This document shows positions 42,428 to 52,581 of a stretch of 64,000 nt of DNA, one piece after another. Within the stretch, counting starts at the first letter, position 1. The number at the start of each line of letters is the position of its first letter. Location: positions 136,351 through 200,350 of the forward strand of contig CACJSJ010000001.1 in assembly GCA_902596045.1 (NCBI GenBank). The letters run 5' to 3'. Under the pieces are notes generated by a model that saw only the letters and a program-made list of their open reading frames with translations, had not been told where the DNA came from and made no database searches. Both the position numbers and the translations under genes were made by a program. The stretch comes from an uncultured Pelagibacteraceae bacterium (lineage in GTDB: Bacteria; Pseudomonadota; Alphaproteobacteria; Pelagibacterales; Pelagibacteraceae).

Positions 42428-43343
42428 TTAAATATTCGAGCAATATATGTGGAAAGGTTAAAGACGCCAAACCTATAAATATAATTTTAAGAACAGAACT
42501 ATCAAAATTGTATGTACTATTTAATAAATAAAGTCCTAAAAAACAAAAAGTAGCAGTAACAATTGTTAGTGGTAAAGCTTTTTTTGTAAAGATTTTCAAG
42601 CCATTCATAAGGTCATTATTATCTAATTCATACACTAGTGAAATACTGTGTCTTATAGAATGTAAAAAACAGAAATATACAGTAAATGCTACCAAGGGAG
42701 AAAAATAAAAATTTATTATTAAAATCGAAAAATAATCTAAAAAAATTGTAAATTTTTTAAGCTCAAAATTTTTAATAAATAATATGATACTTGATAAAGT
42801 TGATAGAATGATAACATAAAGTAAAATTTCATTTGATTCTATAAAATTCAAGAACTCGTAGAAAGACTCATTATCTATTAGTAATAATTTAAATATAGAT
42901 ATTGTCTCATCAAAATGAAAGTACATTGGAGCAAAAATTATTAATGTGCCTTTTAGAAAAAAAAAAAATTGATTAAGATATGAATTTTCAACTATCAAAA
43001 ATTGAGTATCCTCTTTACCAAAATGATGTGAAGCTATTATCAAAAAAATTATCAGAGAAATTGATGGTATGATTATCCAAAAAAATATTACACACAGAGA
43101 GATTAAAATGTATGACAAATAAAAAATTACAAAGTTATTAATCCCATAAATTTGAAAAAGCTTTCTTCCTTTTAGATTATCAAGCGAACCATGTGAAACA
43201 CCAATACTTAAAATTAAAAATAAACAAATTAATGGAGAAATTGTAAAATAAGAAATTTTAAGTGTTATTATAGAAAGAATATTGCAAAATAAAAAAAAGA
43301 TAAAGGAATGATTTAAATTTATTTTTTTAATCTGACTATTCAT
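42408..43343 (-). CDS. blh: Beta-carotene 15,15'-dioxygenase (Brp/Blh)
   Basis: GVSHGSLD, HFG, YFCFLHS.RH, LTFPH; multi-TM. Confidence 0.92.
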   Translation of the reverse strand: MNSQIKKINLNHSFIFFLFCNILSIITLKISYFTISPLICLFLILSIGVSHGSLDNLKGRKLFQIYGINNFVIFYLSYILISLCVIFFWIIIPSISLIIFLIIASHHFGKEDTQFLIVENSYLNQFFFFLKGTLIIFAPMYFHFDETISIFKLLLIDNESFYEFLNFIESNEILLYVIILSTLSSIILFIKNFELKKFTIFLDYFSILIINFYFSPLVAFTVYFCFLHSIRHSISLVYELDNNDLMNGLKIFTKKALPLTIVTATFCFLGLYLLNSTYNFDSSVLKIIFIGLASLTFPHILLEYLIEKNEK

Positions 43344-43355
43344 TTCTTCATGCGG

Positions 43356-44423
43356 CTAATAAAACAAAGCTTTAATAAAAGTTATTTTTGGCATTTTTAG
43401 AATTATAGACAAATCCTCCAAAAAATTACTTTTATTAGATAAAAATTTTATAACAGTCTTTGGTGAGCTCTTAAACATTTTAAAGAAAATTTCAGGCATC
43501 ATCTCAGGGTTTTTATCTAAAACTCCTAAAAAAATATCATCTAAGAATTGATATTTTTTGTCTATCTCAAATTTTTTAGCATTTGTAATATTTTCAATAT
43601 TATTACATATGTATTTACTGTGTTCCTGAATATTAAGAAAAGTATAACCTGTGCTTAATCTGGTCATACCTCCAGCAGTTCCAATATTTATTTTGTTTTT
43701 TTCTTTTTCATATGTTGGGTAGAATAAAGGTATTGCACCTTCTTCTTTATAAATAATTTTGTAATTTTTTAATTTCAAATGATTTTCTATATAATCTTTT
43801 ATTTGACTATCATAATCTTTTTGAGAACTGTCATTCATCCTCGATAGCCAAGTAGTTTCAATTAAAGCCGTATTTTTTGAGTAGGGAAGTGTATAAAAAA
43901 AATGAACACTTTCTCTTTGTTCACAGTCAAAATCCATAAGATTAAAGATTTCATCATCAAAAAAATTATTTTGAGATTCAATTTCTACCCCGCAAAAATG
44001 TTGCCAAAGGTTACGATGATCTCTTTTAATTGATGGAACACTATTAAAAACAAAAGAATTTTTTGAATTGATTTCACTTATATCTTTAAAGAAAGAAATA
44101 TTTTTGTTTTCTTTTAATCTATTATTAATTTTTTTATAGAATAAGCCACTATCAACACTTTGGTATGGATAACTGACACATTTTAAATGATTAGTTTTTT
44201 TTGGAATATTAATTGTAAAATTTTTCCAACTTTTCTTAATGCAATCATCAAAGTTGTGAGCCACCACTTTCCAAAAAGACCAAGTTTTATCTTTTTTATA
44301 TTCTGTTCTTGGTTCTATAATAGCTAAAGTTTTATCTTTTAATTTTTCATTTATTTCAAGTTCATATGCGAGCGATAAACCTGCACAACCACCACCAATG
44401 ATAATATAATCAAATTCTTTCAT
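43356..44423 (-). CDS. crtY: Lycopene beta-cyclase
   Basis: GGGCAGLS, KTWSFW, LMDF, FFYTLP, EEGAIP, TGY. Confidence 0.92.
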   Translation of the reverse strand: MKEFDYIIIGGGCAGLSLAYELEINEKLKDKTLAIIEPRTEYKKDKTWSFWKVVAHNFDDCIKKSWKNFTINIPKKTNHLKCVSYPYQSVDSGLFYKKINNRLKENKNISFFKDISEINSKNSFVFNSVPSIKRDHRNLWQHFCGVEIESQNNFFDDEIFNLMDFDCEQRESVHFFYTLPYSKNTALIETTWLSRMNDSSQKDYDSQIKDYIENHLKLKNYKIIYKEEGAIPLFYPTYEKEKNKINIGTAGGMTRLSTGYTFLNIQEHSKYICNNIENITNAKKFEIDKKYQFLDDIFLGVLDKNPEMMPEIFFKMFKSSPKTVIKFLSNKSNFLEDLSIILKMPKITFIKALFY

Positions 44424-45261
44424 CTAAATTTATTTCTTTATTTATTAAACTGTGATCATGTTGTATTTGATCATCTTGTTTAAAACTAAATGATAGTTTA
44501 ATTAAGTCAAAAATTGAAAGAAAAGTCTCTAAGATCTTTTCTGCGTTTGAGACATATATCTTTCCTGAATTTTGATAATTTTGCAAATTTTTTTTGCTCA
44601 AAATTTTATGTCCTATTTTTCTATAAATCCTTCTAGCAACCAAAATAGAAAAACGAAAACTTATCGGTATTTCTTTAATAGAATAAAATGAATTTTTATA
44701 AAAAGTATCAGCAAGATCAATAGTTGATGAAATTTCTTCAAAATTTTCATTTATATAGAAACGATTATTTTTTGAATCTTCAATTACATCTCTTGATATA
44801 TTAGTAAGCTGCATTGCAATTCCAAGGTCGATAGCTGACTTTAGTGAACTTTTTTTATTTACTTTTAAAATTTTTGCCATCATCAACCCAACAGTTCCGG
44901 CCACTCTGTACGAGTAAATCAACAATTCTTTTTTTGAATTTAATTTAACTTTATCTTTAATATCTAATTTAATTCCAATTAATAAATCTTGAACAATTTC
45001 CAAAGATATCTTGAACTCTTCAATAAGGTCCCACATGTTTTTGATGATAGGATCAGTGAATTTTTTTTGATTAAAATCATTTTCAAACTGATCAAATTTT
45101 TTTTTTTTACTTTCTATTTCACCATCATCATCTGCAATATTATCTGCAACTCTGCAAAAATCATACAAAGCCGAACATTTTTTTAATGTTTCTTTAGGTA
45201 AAAAAAAACCCGCCCAATTAAATGATTTAGCGTAAACAGATAAGTAACTTTTATCGGACAT
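44410..45261 (-). CDS. crtB: Phytoene synthase
   Basis: AKSF, YDFCRVADNIAD, YRVAGTVG, QLTNISRDV.ED. Confidence 0.93.
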   Translation of the reverse strand: MSDKSYLSVYAKSFNWAGFFLPKETLKKCSALYDFCRVADNIADDDGEIESKKKKFDQFENDFNQKKFTDPIIKNMWDLIEEFKISLEIVQDLLIGIKLDIKDKVKLNSKKELLIYSYRVAGTVGLMMAKILKVNKKSSLKSAIDLGIAMQLTNISRDVIEDSKNNRFYINENFEEISSTIDLADTFYKNSFYSIKEIPISFRFSILVARRIYRKIGHKILSKKNLQNYQNSGKIYVSNAEKILETFLSIFDLIKLSFSFKQDDQIQHDHSLINKEINLDERI

Positions 45262-46721
45262 TATAAAATTTTATCTAATACTTTCGCAGAAGAAAGCACT
45301 CCTGGTACACCAGCTCCCGGGTGAGTACCGGCTCCTACAAAATAAAGTCCATCATATATCTCTGATTTGTTGTGAAATCTAAAATAAGCAGATTGGGAAA
45401 ATTTAGGCTGAATTGAAAAACCTGAACCATATTTAGTATTTAAATCTTTTTCAAAGTAATCTGGTGTCAGATAAAAATCTTCAACTATATTTTCTCTAAG
45501 GTTTGGCATTAAATCTTTTTCCATTTTATCTATTACTAAATTTTTCATTTTTTCTCCTTCATCAGACCAATTAATTTTTGACTGGTTATTTGGCACTGGA
45601 ACTAAAACATAAAAACAATCTTGATCCGGAGGAGCCATAGACTTGTCAGTAGCAGATGGTCTGTGAAGGTAATAACTTATATCATTATTCAATTTTTTAT
45701 TTTCAAATATATCATCAAGATGTTCTTTGTACTTATTGCCAAATTTTATTGTATGATGTTCAATATCACTATAAGTTTTTTTTGTTCCAAAATAGTAAAC
45801 GAACAATCCCATAGAATATTCCATTCTATTTTTTTTCCATTTAAACATGAGTGAATTATATTTATTTCCATTTAACATTTTTTCATAAACAGCAGGAGGA
45901 TCTGCATTACATATAACATTGTTAGCTTCTATGACAGATTGATCATTTAATTGAACACCAGTTACCTTATTTGTATTAGAAATAATTTTTGTTACTTCAT
46001 GACCTTTTATTATTTCTATACCAACCTCATTCATAAGTTTCTCAAAACCTTTTATAATATTACCAGTTCCACCCATCGAATAATGTATTCCCCATTTTTT
46101 TTCTAAATATAAAATTAGTCCATATATGGAGGTTGTTGTAAAAGGATTGCCTCCAACTAAGAGTGGATGCATACTTAGCATTCTTCTCAGCTTTTCATTT
46201 TTAATATAAGATGAAACTAATGAATAGACTGATTTATAACTTTTAAGTTTTAATAAAGCTGGTAATTGTTGCATCATTACAAAAGGTTTATCAAAGGGAA
46301 CATCTGCCAGTTCTGTAAAACCTTTATCAAAAATCTTTTTTGTAAAATTAACTAATTTTTCGTAACCTTTGACATCTTCTTTACTTATCTCTCCAATTTG
46401 TTTTTTCATCTCAGTCTCATTACCTGAGTAATTAAATTTTGAATTATCTTCAAAAACAAATTGATACCAAACTTTAAGCGGAGAAAGATTTATATAATCT
46501 TTAGGATCTTTCTTAAATAATTCAAATAATTCATTTATTAAATAAGGAGCAGTAATAACAGTTGGTCCACCATCATATATAAAACCTTTTTTTTTAAACA
46601 CTCTAGCCCTGCCACCAAGATCAGGATGTTTTTCTATTAATGTAACATTGTGTCCTTTTGCTTTAAGACGAAGAGCAGCAGCTATACCACCAAAACCGGA
46701 ACCTATTACAACTGAATTCAT
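45261..46721 (-). CDS. crtI: Phytoene desaturase
   Basis: GSGFGG, D.GPTVIT, LLVGGNP, VGAGTHPGAGVPGV. Confidence 0.96.
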   Translation of the reverse strand: MNSVVIGSGFGGIAAALRLKAKGHNVTLIEKHPDLGGRARVFKKKGFIYDGGPTVITAPYLINELFELFKKDPKDYINLSPLKVWYQFVFEDNSKFNYSGNETEMKKQIGEISKEDVKGYEKLVNFTKKIFDKGFTELADVPFDKPFVMMQQLPALLKLKSYKSVYSLVSSYIKNEKLRRMLSMHPLLVGGNPFTTTSIYGLILYLEKKWGIHYSMGGTGNIIKGFEKLMNEVGIEIIKGHEVTKIISNTNKVTGVQLNDQSVIEANNVICNADPPAVYEKMLNGNKYNSLMFKWKKNRMEYSMGLFVYYFGTKKTYSDIEHHTIKFGNKYKEHLDDIFENKKLNNDISYYLHRPSATDKSMAPPDQDCFYVLVPVPNNQSKINWSDEGEKMKNLVIDKMEKDLMPNLRENIVEDFYLTPDYFEKDLNTKYGSGFSIQPKFSQSAYFRFHNKSEIYDGLYFVGAGTHPGAGVPGVLSSAKVLDKIL

Positions 46722-46760
46722 TTTGATAATTTATAGTTTTTTAAAAAAATTGTAAGAGTA

Positions 46761-47258
46761 TTATGAGTTAATTTTTTTTAGCTCTTCTTTAGTTTCGTTT
46801 AAATTTTTTTGAAACAGCGTATCTAACTTGGATTTATCAATAGATGTAGTAATAATTTTTTTGGCAGAATCTACAGCAATTTTTATTGAAGCGTTTTTAA
46901 TTTCCTTGATTGCATTCTCTTTTATTTGATTAATTTTGTTTTCAGCCAAATTCTTTTTTAAATCAGATGATTTATGGAATTTGTCATTTAGCGAAATAAT
47001 TAATCTATCACTATCTTTTTTTGCCTGATCAATAATTTCATTTTTCACACTCTCTGCTTTATCAAGTTTATTTTGAGCATTATCTAGCAAAGTTTTAGCT
47101 TCAGTTCTTAATCTTTCACTTTCATCAATTTCATTTTTAATATCTAAGATTAGTTTATTTAAAATTTCATTGATTTTTTGTGGTATTTTTAAGTAAATCA
47201 AGCCTCCAAAGAAAATAACAAAAGAAACAGCTACCCAAAATGTTGAATCAATTTCCAT
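46761..47258 (-). CDS. atpF: ATP synthase F0 subunit b (start corrected to MEIDSTFW)
   Basis: N-terminal TM (FWVAVSF) plus coiled coil; operon position. Confidence 0.9.
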   Translation of the reverse strand: MEIDSTFWVAVSFVIFFGGLIYLKIPQKINEILNKLILDIKNEIDESERLRTEAKTLLDNAQNKLDKAESVKNEIIDQAKKDSDRLIISLNDKFHKSSDLKKNLAENKINQIKENAIKEIKNASIKIAVDSAKKIITTSIDKSKLDTLFQKNLNETKEELKKINS

Positions 47259-47838
47259 AATATTTATCTCCACTTCTTTTGGACAAATCATCAACTATGG
47301 CTGAAATACTACTATTATTAACTTCAGCACCTATTAGTTTTTGAGTTAACTCTGAAGCAGTTTCAATTGCTATCTTATTAATTTTTGCAGGTGCTTCTTT
47401 TCTTAATAGATTGATTTCATCCTCTACTTTTTTAATTTCTTCATCAATTTGCTTATCCAAAACTTCAATTTTTTGGCCAATATCTTTTAAAGCTTTCTCC
47501 CTCGCTTGATCAAAAATTTTTTTTGCTTCTATTTTACTTTTAGAAACAATTTCTTCGTACTCTCTCAATTTAGCTTCACTCTCTTCTCTTTGTTTGTCAG
47601 CAGCCTCAATATTATCTGAAATTTGTGATTTTCTAGATTCCAAGTTAGCACTAATTTTTGGTAGTATTAGTTTTGATAAAACTACATATAAAATACCAAA
47701 AGTTAAAGTTAACCAAAAAATCTGAGAAATCCAAAATTCTGGATTTAATTGAGGCATTCCTCCACTTTCAGCAGAAAAAACTTTCTCTATAAAAAGAAAG
47801 CTAAAAAGTACGCACTGAAATAATTTTTTTTTAATCAT
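47248..47838 (-). CDS. ATP synthase F0 subunit b'
   Basis: GGMPQL...SQIFWL alphaproteobacterial b' signature. Confidence 0.92.
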   Translation of the reverse strand: MIKKKLFQCVLFSFLFIEKVFSAESGGMPQLNPEFWISQIFWLTLTFGILYVVLSKLILPKISANLESRKSQISDNIEAADKQREESEAKLREYEEIVSKSKIEAKKIFDQAREKALKDIGQKIEVLDKQIDEEIKKVEDEINLLRKEAPAKINKIAIETASELTQKLIGAEVNNSSISAIVDDLSKRSGDKYYGN

Positions 47839-47844
47839 TCAAAT

Positions 47845-48072
47845 CTAAAACGCAAAAAGAATAATTAATGCAACCACTAGTCCAAAAAGACCAGTTGCCT
47901 CTGCTAAGGCAAACCCTAAAAGTAAGTTTGGAAACTGTTTTTGAGCTGCAGATGGATTTCTCATTGCTCCTGATAAATAATTTCCAAAAATTATTCCTAT
48001 ACCTACACCGGCACCTGCTAAAGCAATTGCCGCTAGTCCTGCTCCGATCATTTTTGCTGCTTCTAATTCCAT
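47845..48072 (-). CDS. atpE: ATP synthase F0 subunit c
   Basis: GAGVGIG, RNP, ALAEA; AGGAGG RBS. Confidence 0.98.
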   Translation of the reverse strand: MELEAAKMIGAGLAAIALAGAGVGIGIIFGNYLSGAMRNPSAAQKQFPNLLLGFALAEATGLFGLVVALIILFAF

Positions 48073-48090
48073 TATATCCTCCTATATTTA

Positions 48091-48825
48091 TTAATGGTGT
48101 AAATTTAATGCATCATTTAAATAGATGCAGGTTAAGATTGCAAAAACATATGCTTGAAGAAAAGCAACTAAGATCTCCAAACCTGTTAAAGCAACCGAAA
48201 AACTTAGTGGAAGCCATCCACCAACTATTCCAAGACTTATTACAAAGCCTCCGAAAACTTTCATCATAGTATGACCAGCCATCATGTTTGCAAATAACCT
48301 TACTGATAAACTCACTGGTCTACTTAAATAAGAAATTATTTCAATAATAACAATTAATGGTAGTAGAACAACAGGCACACCACTTGGTACAAATAATTTA
48401 AGATATCCAAAACCATGTTTAATAAACCCAACAATTGTTACACCAATGAAAATAAACGCAGCTAACACAAAAGTCACTATTATGTGGCTAGTTACAGTAA
48501 AAGTATATGGTATCATCCCAAACATATTGCAAAATAACACAAACATGAATAAAGAAAATATAAAAGCGAAGTAAGGTCTCGCTTTCGACCCTGCGGTATC
48601 GCTAATCATTTTAGAGACGAAGGTATAACTTAACTCAGACAATAGCTGCAGCTTATTTGGTAGTAGAGAATTTTTTTTTGAACCCAAATTAAAGATAATT
48701 AGGATTGCAAGTGTGCTAACAACCATAAATAAACTTGAATTAGTAAATGAGATATCAAATGCACCAATTTTAATTTCAGGTCCAATTCGATAAACCTCGA
48801 ATTGTGTCATTGGATTTGCTGCCAT
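48091..48825 (-). CDS. atpB: ATP synthase F0 subunit a
   Basis: SLSVRLFANMMAGH, LQAYVF. Confidence 0.98.
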   Translation of the reverse strand: MAANPMTQFEVYRIGPEIKIGAFDISFTNSSLFMVVSTLAILIIFNLGSKKNSLLPNKLQLLSELSYTFVSKMISDTAGSKARPYFAFIFSLFMFVLFCNMFGMIPYTFTVTSHIIVTFVLAAFIFIGVTIVGFIKHGFGYLKLFVPSGVPVVLLPLIVIIEIISYLSRPVSLSVRLFANMMAGHTMMKVFGGFVISLGIVGGWLPLSFSVALTGLEILVAFLQAYVFAILTCIYLNDALNLHH

Positions 48826-48833
48826 AAATTATT

Positions 48834-49109
48834 CTACTTTTGCATATTTTTTGCTGATTTTATCACGTTAATTATTCCCGCAATTACACCAATAAAAAAA
48901 AATATTATTATTAACCAAGGCTTAGTACCAAAGGTCTTGTCTAAAATAAACCCAATAATTGTCCCAACAGCTACTGCTGCAACTAGCTCTGTGCTTAGTT
49001 TAAATGCAGCGCCAATAGATGAAGAATTTCGGTTTTTAGGATCTAAGTTTCTCTTCAAAATCTTATCTTTTGCAATCTGTAAGCGAGTTTTAAAATGATC
49101 TTTAGACAT
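48834..49109 (-). CDS. atpI: ATP synthase protein I (AtpZ/AtpI type)
   Basis: G..LD..FGTKPW motif, upstream of atpB. Confidence 0.9.
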   Translation of the reverse strand: MSKDHFKTRLQIAKDKILKRNLDPKNRNSSSIGAAFKLSTELVAAVAVGTIIGFILDKTFGTKPWLIIIFFFIGVIAGIINVIKSAKNMQK

Positions 49110-49115
49110 TTAAAT

Positions 49116-51512
49116 TTAAGCAACCATGTCCTCAGCTTTTTGTAGGTCTACTGCTACCAACTGGCTTATTCCTTTTTCTGGCATTGTTACTCCATAAAGT
49201 CTATCCATTTTTGACATTGTTAGAGCATGGTGAGTTACAATTATAAATTTTGTATTAGTAATTTTCGTAAGTTCATCTAATAAGTTACAAAATCTTGTTA
49301 CGTTGGCATCATCTAAAGGAGCATCAACTTCATCCAATACACAAATAGGAGAGGGGTTTGTTAAGAAAACCGCAAAAATTAGAGATAGAGCTGTTAATGC
49401 TTGCTCTCCTCCCGACAACAATGTAATTGATTGCAATCTTTTTCCAGGAGGACTAACAAGCATTTCTAATCCTGCTTCTAGAGGATCATCTGAGTCAACT
49501 AATTCTAATTTTGCATTACCACCATTAAATAGTTTTGTATAAACTTCGTTAAATTTTCTATTAACTTTTTCAAAAGCTTCAATAAGTCTTTCCCTACCTT
49601 TTTGATTAAGTTCATTAATACTTTCTTTAAGTTTAATTATAGCAGTTACTAAATCTGACCTATCTTGTTCCATTTTTTTAATTTCGGTTTCATATTTGTT
49701 TGTTTCTTCATCTGCTTTTAAGTTTACTGATCCTAATTTTTCTCTTACTTGTTTCTTTTTGTCCAATAAGTCTTCTTGGTCCACATGATTTGGCAATTCT
49801 TCTACACCATTCAAATTAGAATTTTCTAAAATATTTTCTTCAGTTAAATTAAGTTCAGAATTAATTCTATCTAATAAATCTGATTTTCTTTTATTTAAAC
49901 CTTCAATGGTTGCTCCTGAACTTGCTTTTCTTTCTCTAATTTGAATAGATTGTTCTTGGATTTTATTGAGTTGAGCTCTTAAAGCTTCTATATTTTCATC
50001 TGTTTCAGTAATTATTTTTTCAATTTCATTTTTTTCTTGATCAGAAATTCTTAAATTTTCAGAAATTTTACCTTTCTTTTCTGCTTGAATTTTTGGTTGA
50101 TTATCTAATTTTTCTAATTGTGAATTAAATTTATTTTTTCTTTCTGAAAGTTCACTAACCATCTTTTCAGAATTTGAGAGTAAATTTTTCCAACTTTCAA
50201 TTTCTTTTTCTATAATCTTAATTCTTTCATTTCTTTTAACAGACTCTTTTTTAATATTTCGGTTTTTACTATAACTATCAGCGTATATTTCTATACTGCT
50301 CTCAAAAACATTTAATGCAGACAATGCTTCATCGTTTTGTTTATTAGAAATTAAGTTTCTAATATTCTCTATTTCTTCTTTTAATTTATTTTTTGATAAG
50401 TCTAAATCTTCATTAGATTGTTTTTCAGTTTCATAATATTTTGAGTCAATTTGTATTAGCTCATTTTTTTCCTCTTTAAGCCTTTTTTCATTTGAGTTAG
50501 CATCGATTATAATTCCTTTTTCTCTAGAAATATCTTCATCAAGTGTTTGTAGAGATTTTTTACTATTTTCTAACTCTTTTTGTGTTCTTGTATTTTCTTC
50601 ATCAAGACTTTGAAGTTCTAAATTAAGTCTTTGAATTTTTGACAAATTTTCAATATTTTTTTCTCTTAATGGAGTTACCTTATCAGTTTCAGATTTAATT
50701 TGTTTTTCAAATTCATTAATTTTTTCATTATAACCTGACACTTCACCTTCCGCTTCTGTATTGATCTCATTTTCAATTCTGATTTCTTTATCAATTTCAA
50801 TTAATCTTAAATAATACAATCCAGCTTCAATTTTTTTAATTTCTTCAGAAATTAGTTTATATTTTGTAGCTTCTTCGGCTTGCTTTTGAAGATTAGCTAA
50901 TTGTCTTTCTTGTTGTTTTCTTAACTCATCAGCTCTTTTTAAATTATTTTCTGCAGCACTTAATCTTAACTCAGCTTCATGCCTTCTAACATGTAGTCCT
51001 GAAATTCCTGCTGCTTCCTCCAAAATAGCTCTTCGATCAGTAGGTTTAGCAGTTACTAATGCTCCTATACGTCCCTGACTAATCATAGATGGAGAGTGAG
51101 CACCTGTAGATAAATCAGCAAAAAACATTTGAGTATCTCGAGCTCTTACTTCTTTGTCATTAATATAAAATTTTGAACCTTTGTCTTTTTCTATTTTTCT
51201 TCTAATATGAATTTCATCAAGCTCTCGATATTGAATAGGGCCTTCATTGTTTTGATTGCTAACAGATATTGAGACCTCAGCTATATTTTTTGAAGCTTTA
51301 TTAGAAGTTCCAGAAAATATCACATCCTCCATTCCAGAGCCCCTCATGCTCTTTGCAGATGTTTCACCCATTACCCATCTTAATGACTCAACAATGTTAG
51401 ATTTACCACATCCATTAGGCCCAACAATTCCAGTCAAACCATCTTCAATTAAAAAATTAGTTTTATCAGCGAAAGATTTAAATCCATTTAATTGGATTTT
51501 TTTAAACTCCAT
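49116..51512 (-). CDS. smc: SMC-family chromosome segregation ATPase (short, 798 aa)
   Basis: GFKSF, GPNGCGKSN, LSGGE, LDEVDAPLDDAN. Confidence 0.93.
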   Translation of the reverse strand: MEFKKIQLNGFKSFADKTNFLIEDGLTGIVGPNGCGKSNIVESLRWVMGETSAKSMRGSGMEDVIFSGTSNKASKNIAEVSISVSNQNNEGPIQYRELDEIHIRRKIEKDKGSKFYINDKEVRARDTQMFFADLSTGAHSPSMISQGRIGALVTAKPTDRRAILEEAAGISGLHVRRHEAELRLSAAENNLKRADELRKQQERQLANLQKQAEEATKYKLISEEIKKIEAGLYYLRLIEIDKEIRIENEINTEAEGEVSGYNEKINEFEKQIKSETDKVTPLREKNIENLSKIQRLNLELQSLDEENTRTQKELENSKKSLQTLDEDISREKGIIIDANSNEKRLKEEKNELIQIDSKYYETEKQSNEDLDLSKNKLKEEIENIRNLISNKQNDEALSALNVFESSIEIYADSYSKNRNIKKESVKRNERIKIIEKEIESWKNLLSNSEKMVSELSERKNKFNSQLEKLDNQPKIQAEKKGKISENLRISDQEKNEIEKIITETDENIEALRAQLNKIQEQSIQIRERKASSGATIEGLNKRKSDLLDRINSELNLTEENILENSNLNGVEELPNHVDQEDLLDKKKQVREKLGSVNLKADEETNKYETEIKKMEQDRSDLVTAIIKLKESINELNQKGRERLIEAFEKVNRKFNEVYTKLFNGGNAKLELVDSDDPLEAGLEMLVSPPGKRLQSITLLSGGEQALTALSLIFAVFLTNPSPICVLDEVDAPLDDANVTRFCNLLDELTKITNTKFIIVTHHALTMSKMDRLYGVTMPEKGISQLVAVDLQKAEDMVA

Positions 51513-51520
51513 GCATTAAC

Positions 51521-52096
51521 TTATATCAGTTTTTGAAGAGATTTTTTCAAATTTTTATAATTTAGAGATTCTTCAAACTTTTCGCCATTTATGATTATCG
51601 TAGGAGTAGCATTTACTTTAAAGTTTTTGGCACCTTCGATTCGGTCATTTAAAATAAAATCTTCAATTTTTTTATTATTTAAACACTTTTCAAAATTTAA
51701 TTCGAAACCCTCTTTTTGAATAAATTTTTTCAGATTATGATTAATCTCCTCGATAGTTTTCCCTTTTACCCAAACTTGTTGATTTGAATATAGGCTTTCT
51801 AAAATTTTCAAACCTTGATCACTTTTACATTGGGCAATCTTTGAAGCATTTAAAGCAGCTATGTCTAATGGATAATGCCTGAATTCAATTTTAGCTAGTC
51901 CAGTATCAATATATTCTTTTTTAAGCTGAGGATAAACATCCTTATGAAAATCAGCACAATGACTACAAGTTAATGACTCGTATGCAATGATTGTAATCTT
52001 GGCATCAACATTTCCTGAAATTATTCTTTTAGTTTCAGCACTTATGTTGCTTATAAAACTAAAAAACAAAATTAAGACAATAAGTAATTTTTTCAT
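51521..52096 (-). CDS. DsbA-family thiol oxidoreductase
   Basis: Signal peptide, SLTCSHC, cis-Pro ATPT. Confidence 0.9.
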   Translation of the reverse strand: MKKLLIVLILFFSFISNISAETKRIISGNVDAKITIIAYESLTCSHCADFHKDVYPQLKKEYIDTGLAKIEFRHYPLDIAALNASKIAQCKSDQGLKILESLYSNQQVWVKGKTIEEINHNLKKFIQKEGFELNFEKCLNNKKIEDFILNDRIEGAKNFKVNATPTIIINGEKFEESLNYKNLKKSLQKLI

Positions 52097-52581
52097 TTCT
52101 TTTTAAATACTTTTGTTAATTCCATTATAGATTTTTTGATTTTATTATTCTTAATGTCATTGATTTTATTTTGATATTTCATAATTGTCACATTATTTTC
52201 TTTATCTGTGTCAGAAGATAAAATGTTTTGATTATCATCAAAGCTAACAAATTTAAGCTTTTCAACAACCGAATATCCAAAGAAGCTATTCATTTTGTTC
52301 ATAATTTCTTTTTTTGAATATTCTAAATCAACTTCATGTCCTCTTTTGACCATAACCAATAAGGTGCTAACCCCAAATCGATTGGAATTTTTAAAAGATT
52401 TTGGATAACAAATTTTAAATAATTTTTCACCAACTATATATTTCCAGTTATTTAAAGTTTCAGAATAAATATGACCTTTTTTATTAATAATTTTTTTTAT
52501 ATTCTTTGGCAAAGTATCCCTAAATGATCTTAAGCCTTGAAAGGTGTTGTTTCTCTGCTTAGTATATTTTTTAAAATGCAT
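52093..52581 (-). CDS. DUF721/DciA-like protein (probable start MHFKK)
   Basis: W..IVG, ..MN.FFGY..V; conserved position between mutY and dsbA-smc. Confidence 0.75.
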   Translation of the reverse strand: MHFKKYTKQRNNTFQGLRSFRDTLPKNIKKIINKKGHIYSETLNNWKYIVGEKLFKICYPKSFKNSNRFGVSTLLVMVKRGHEVDLEYSKKEIMNKMNSFFGYSVVEKLKFVSFDDNQNILSSDTDKENNVTIMKYQNKINDIKNNKIKKSIMELTKVFKKK

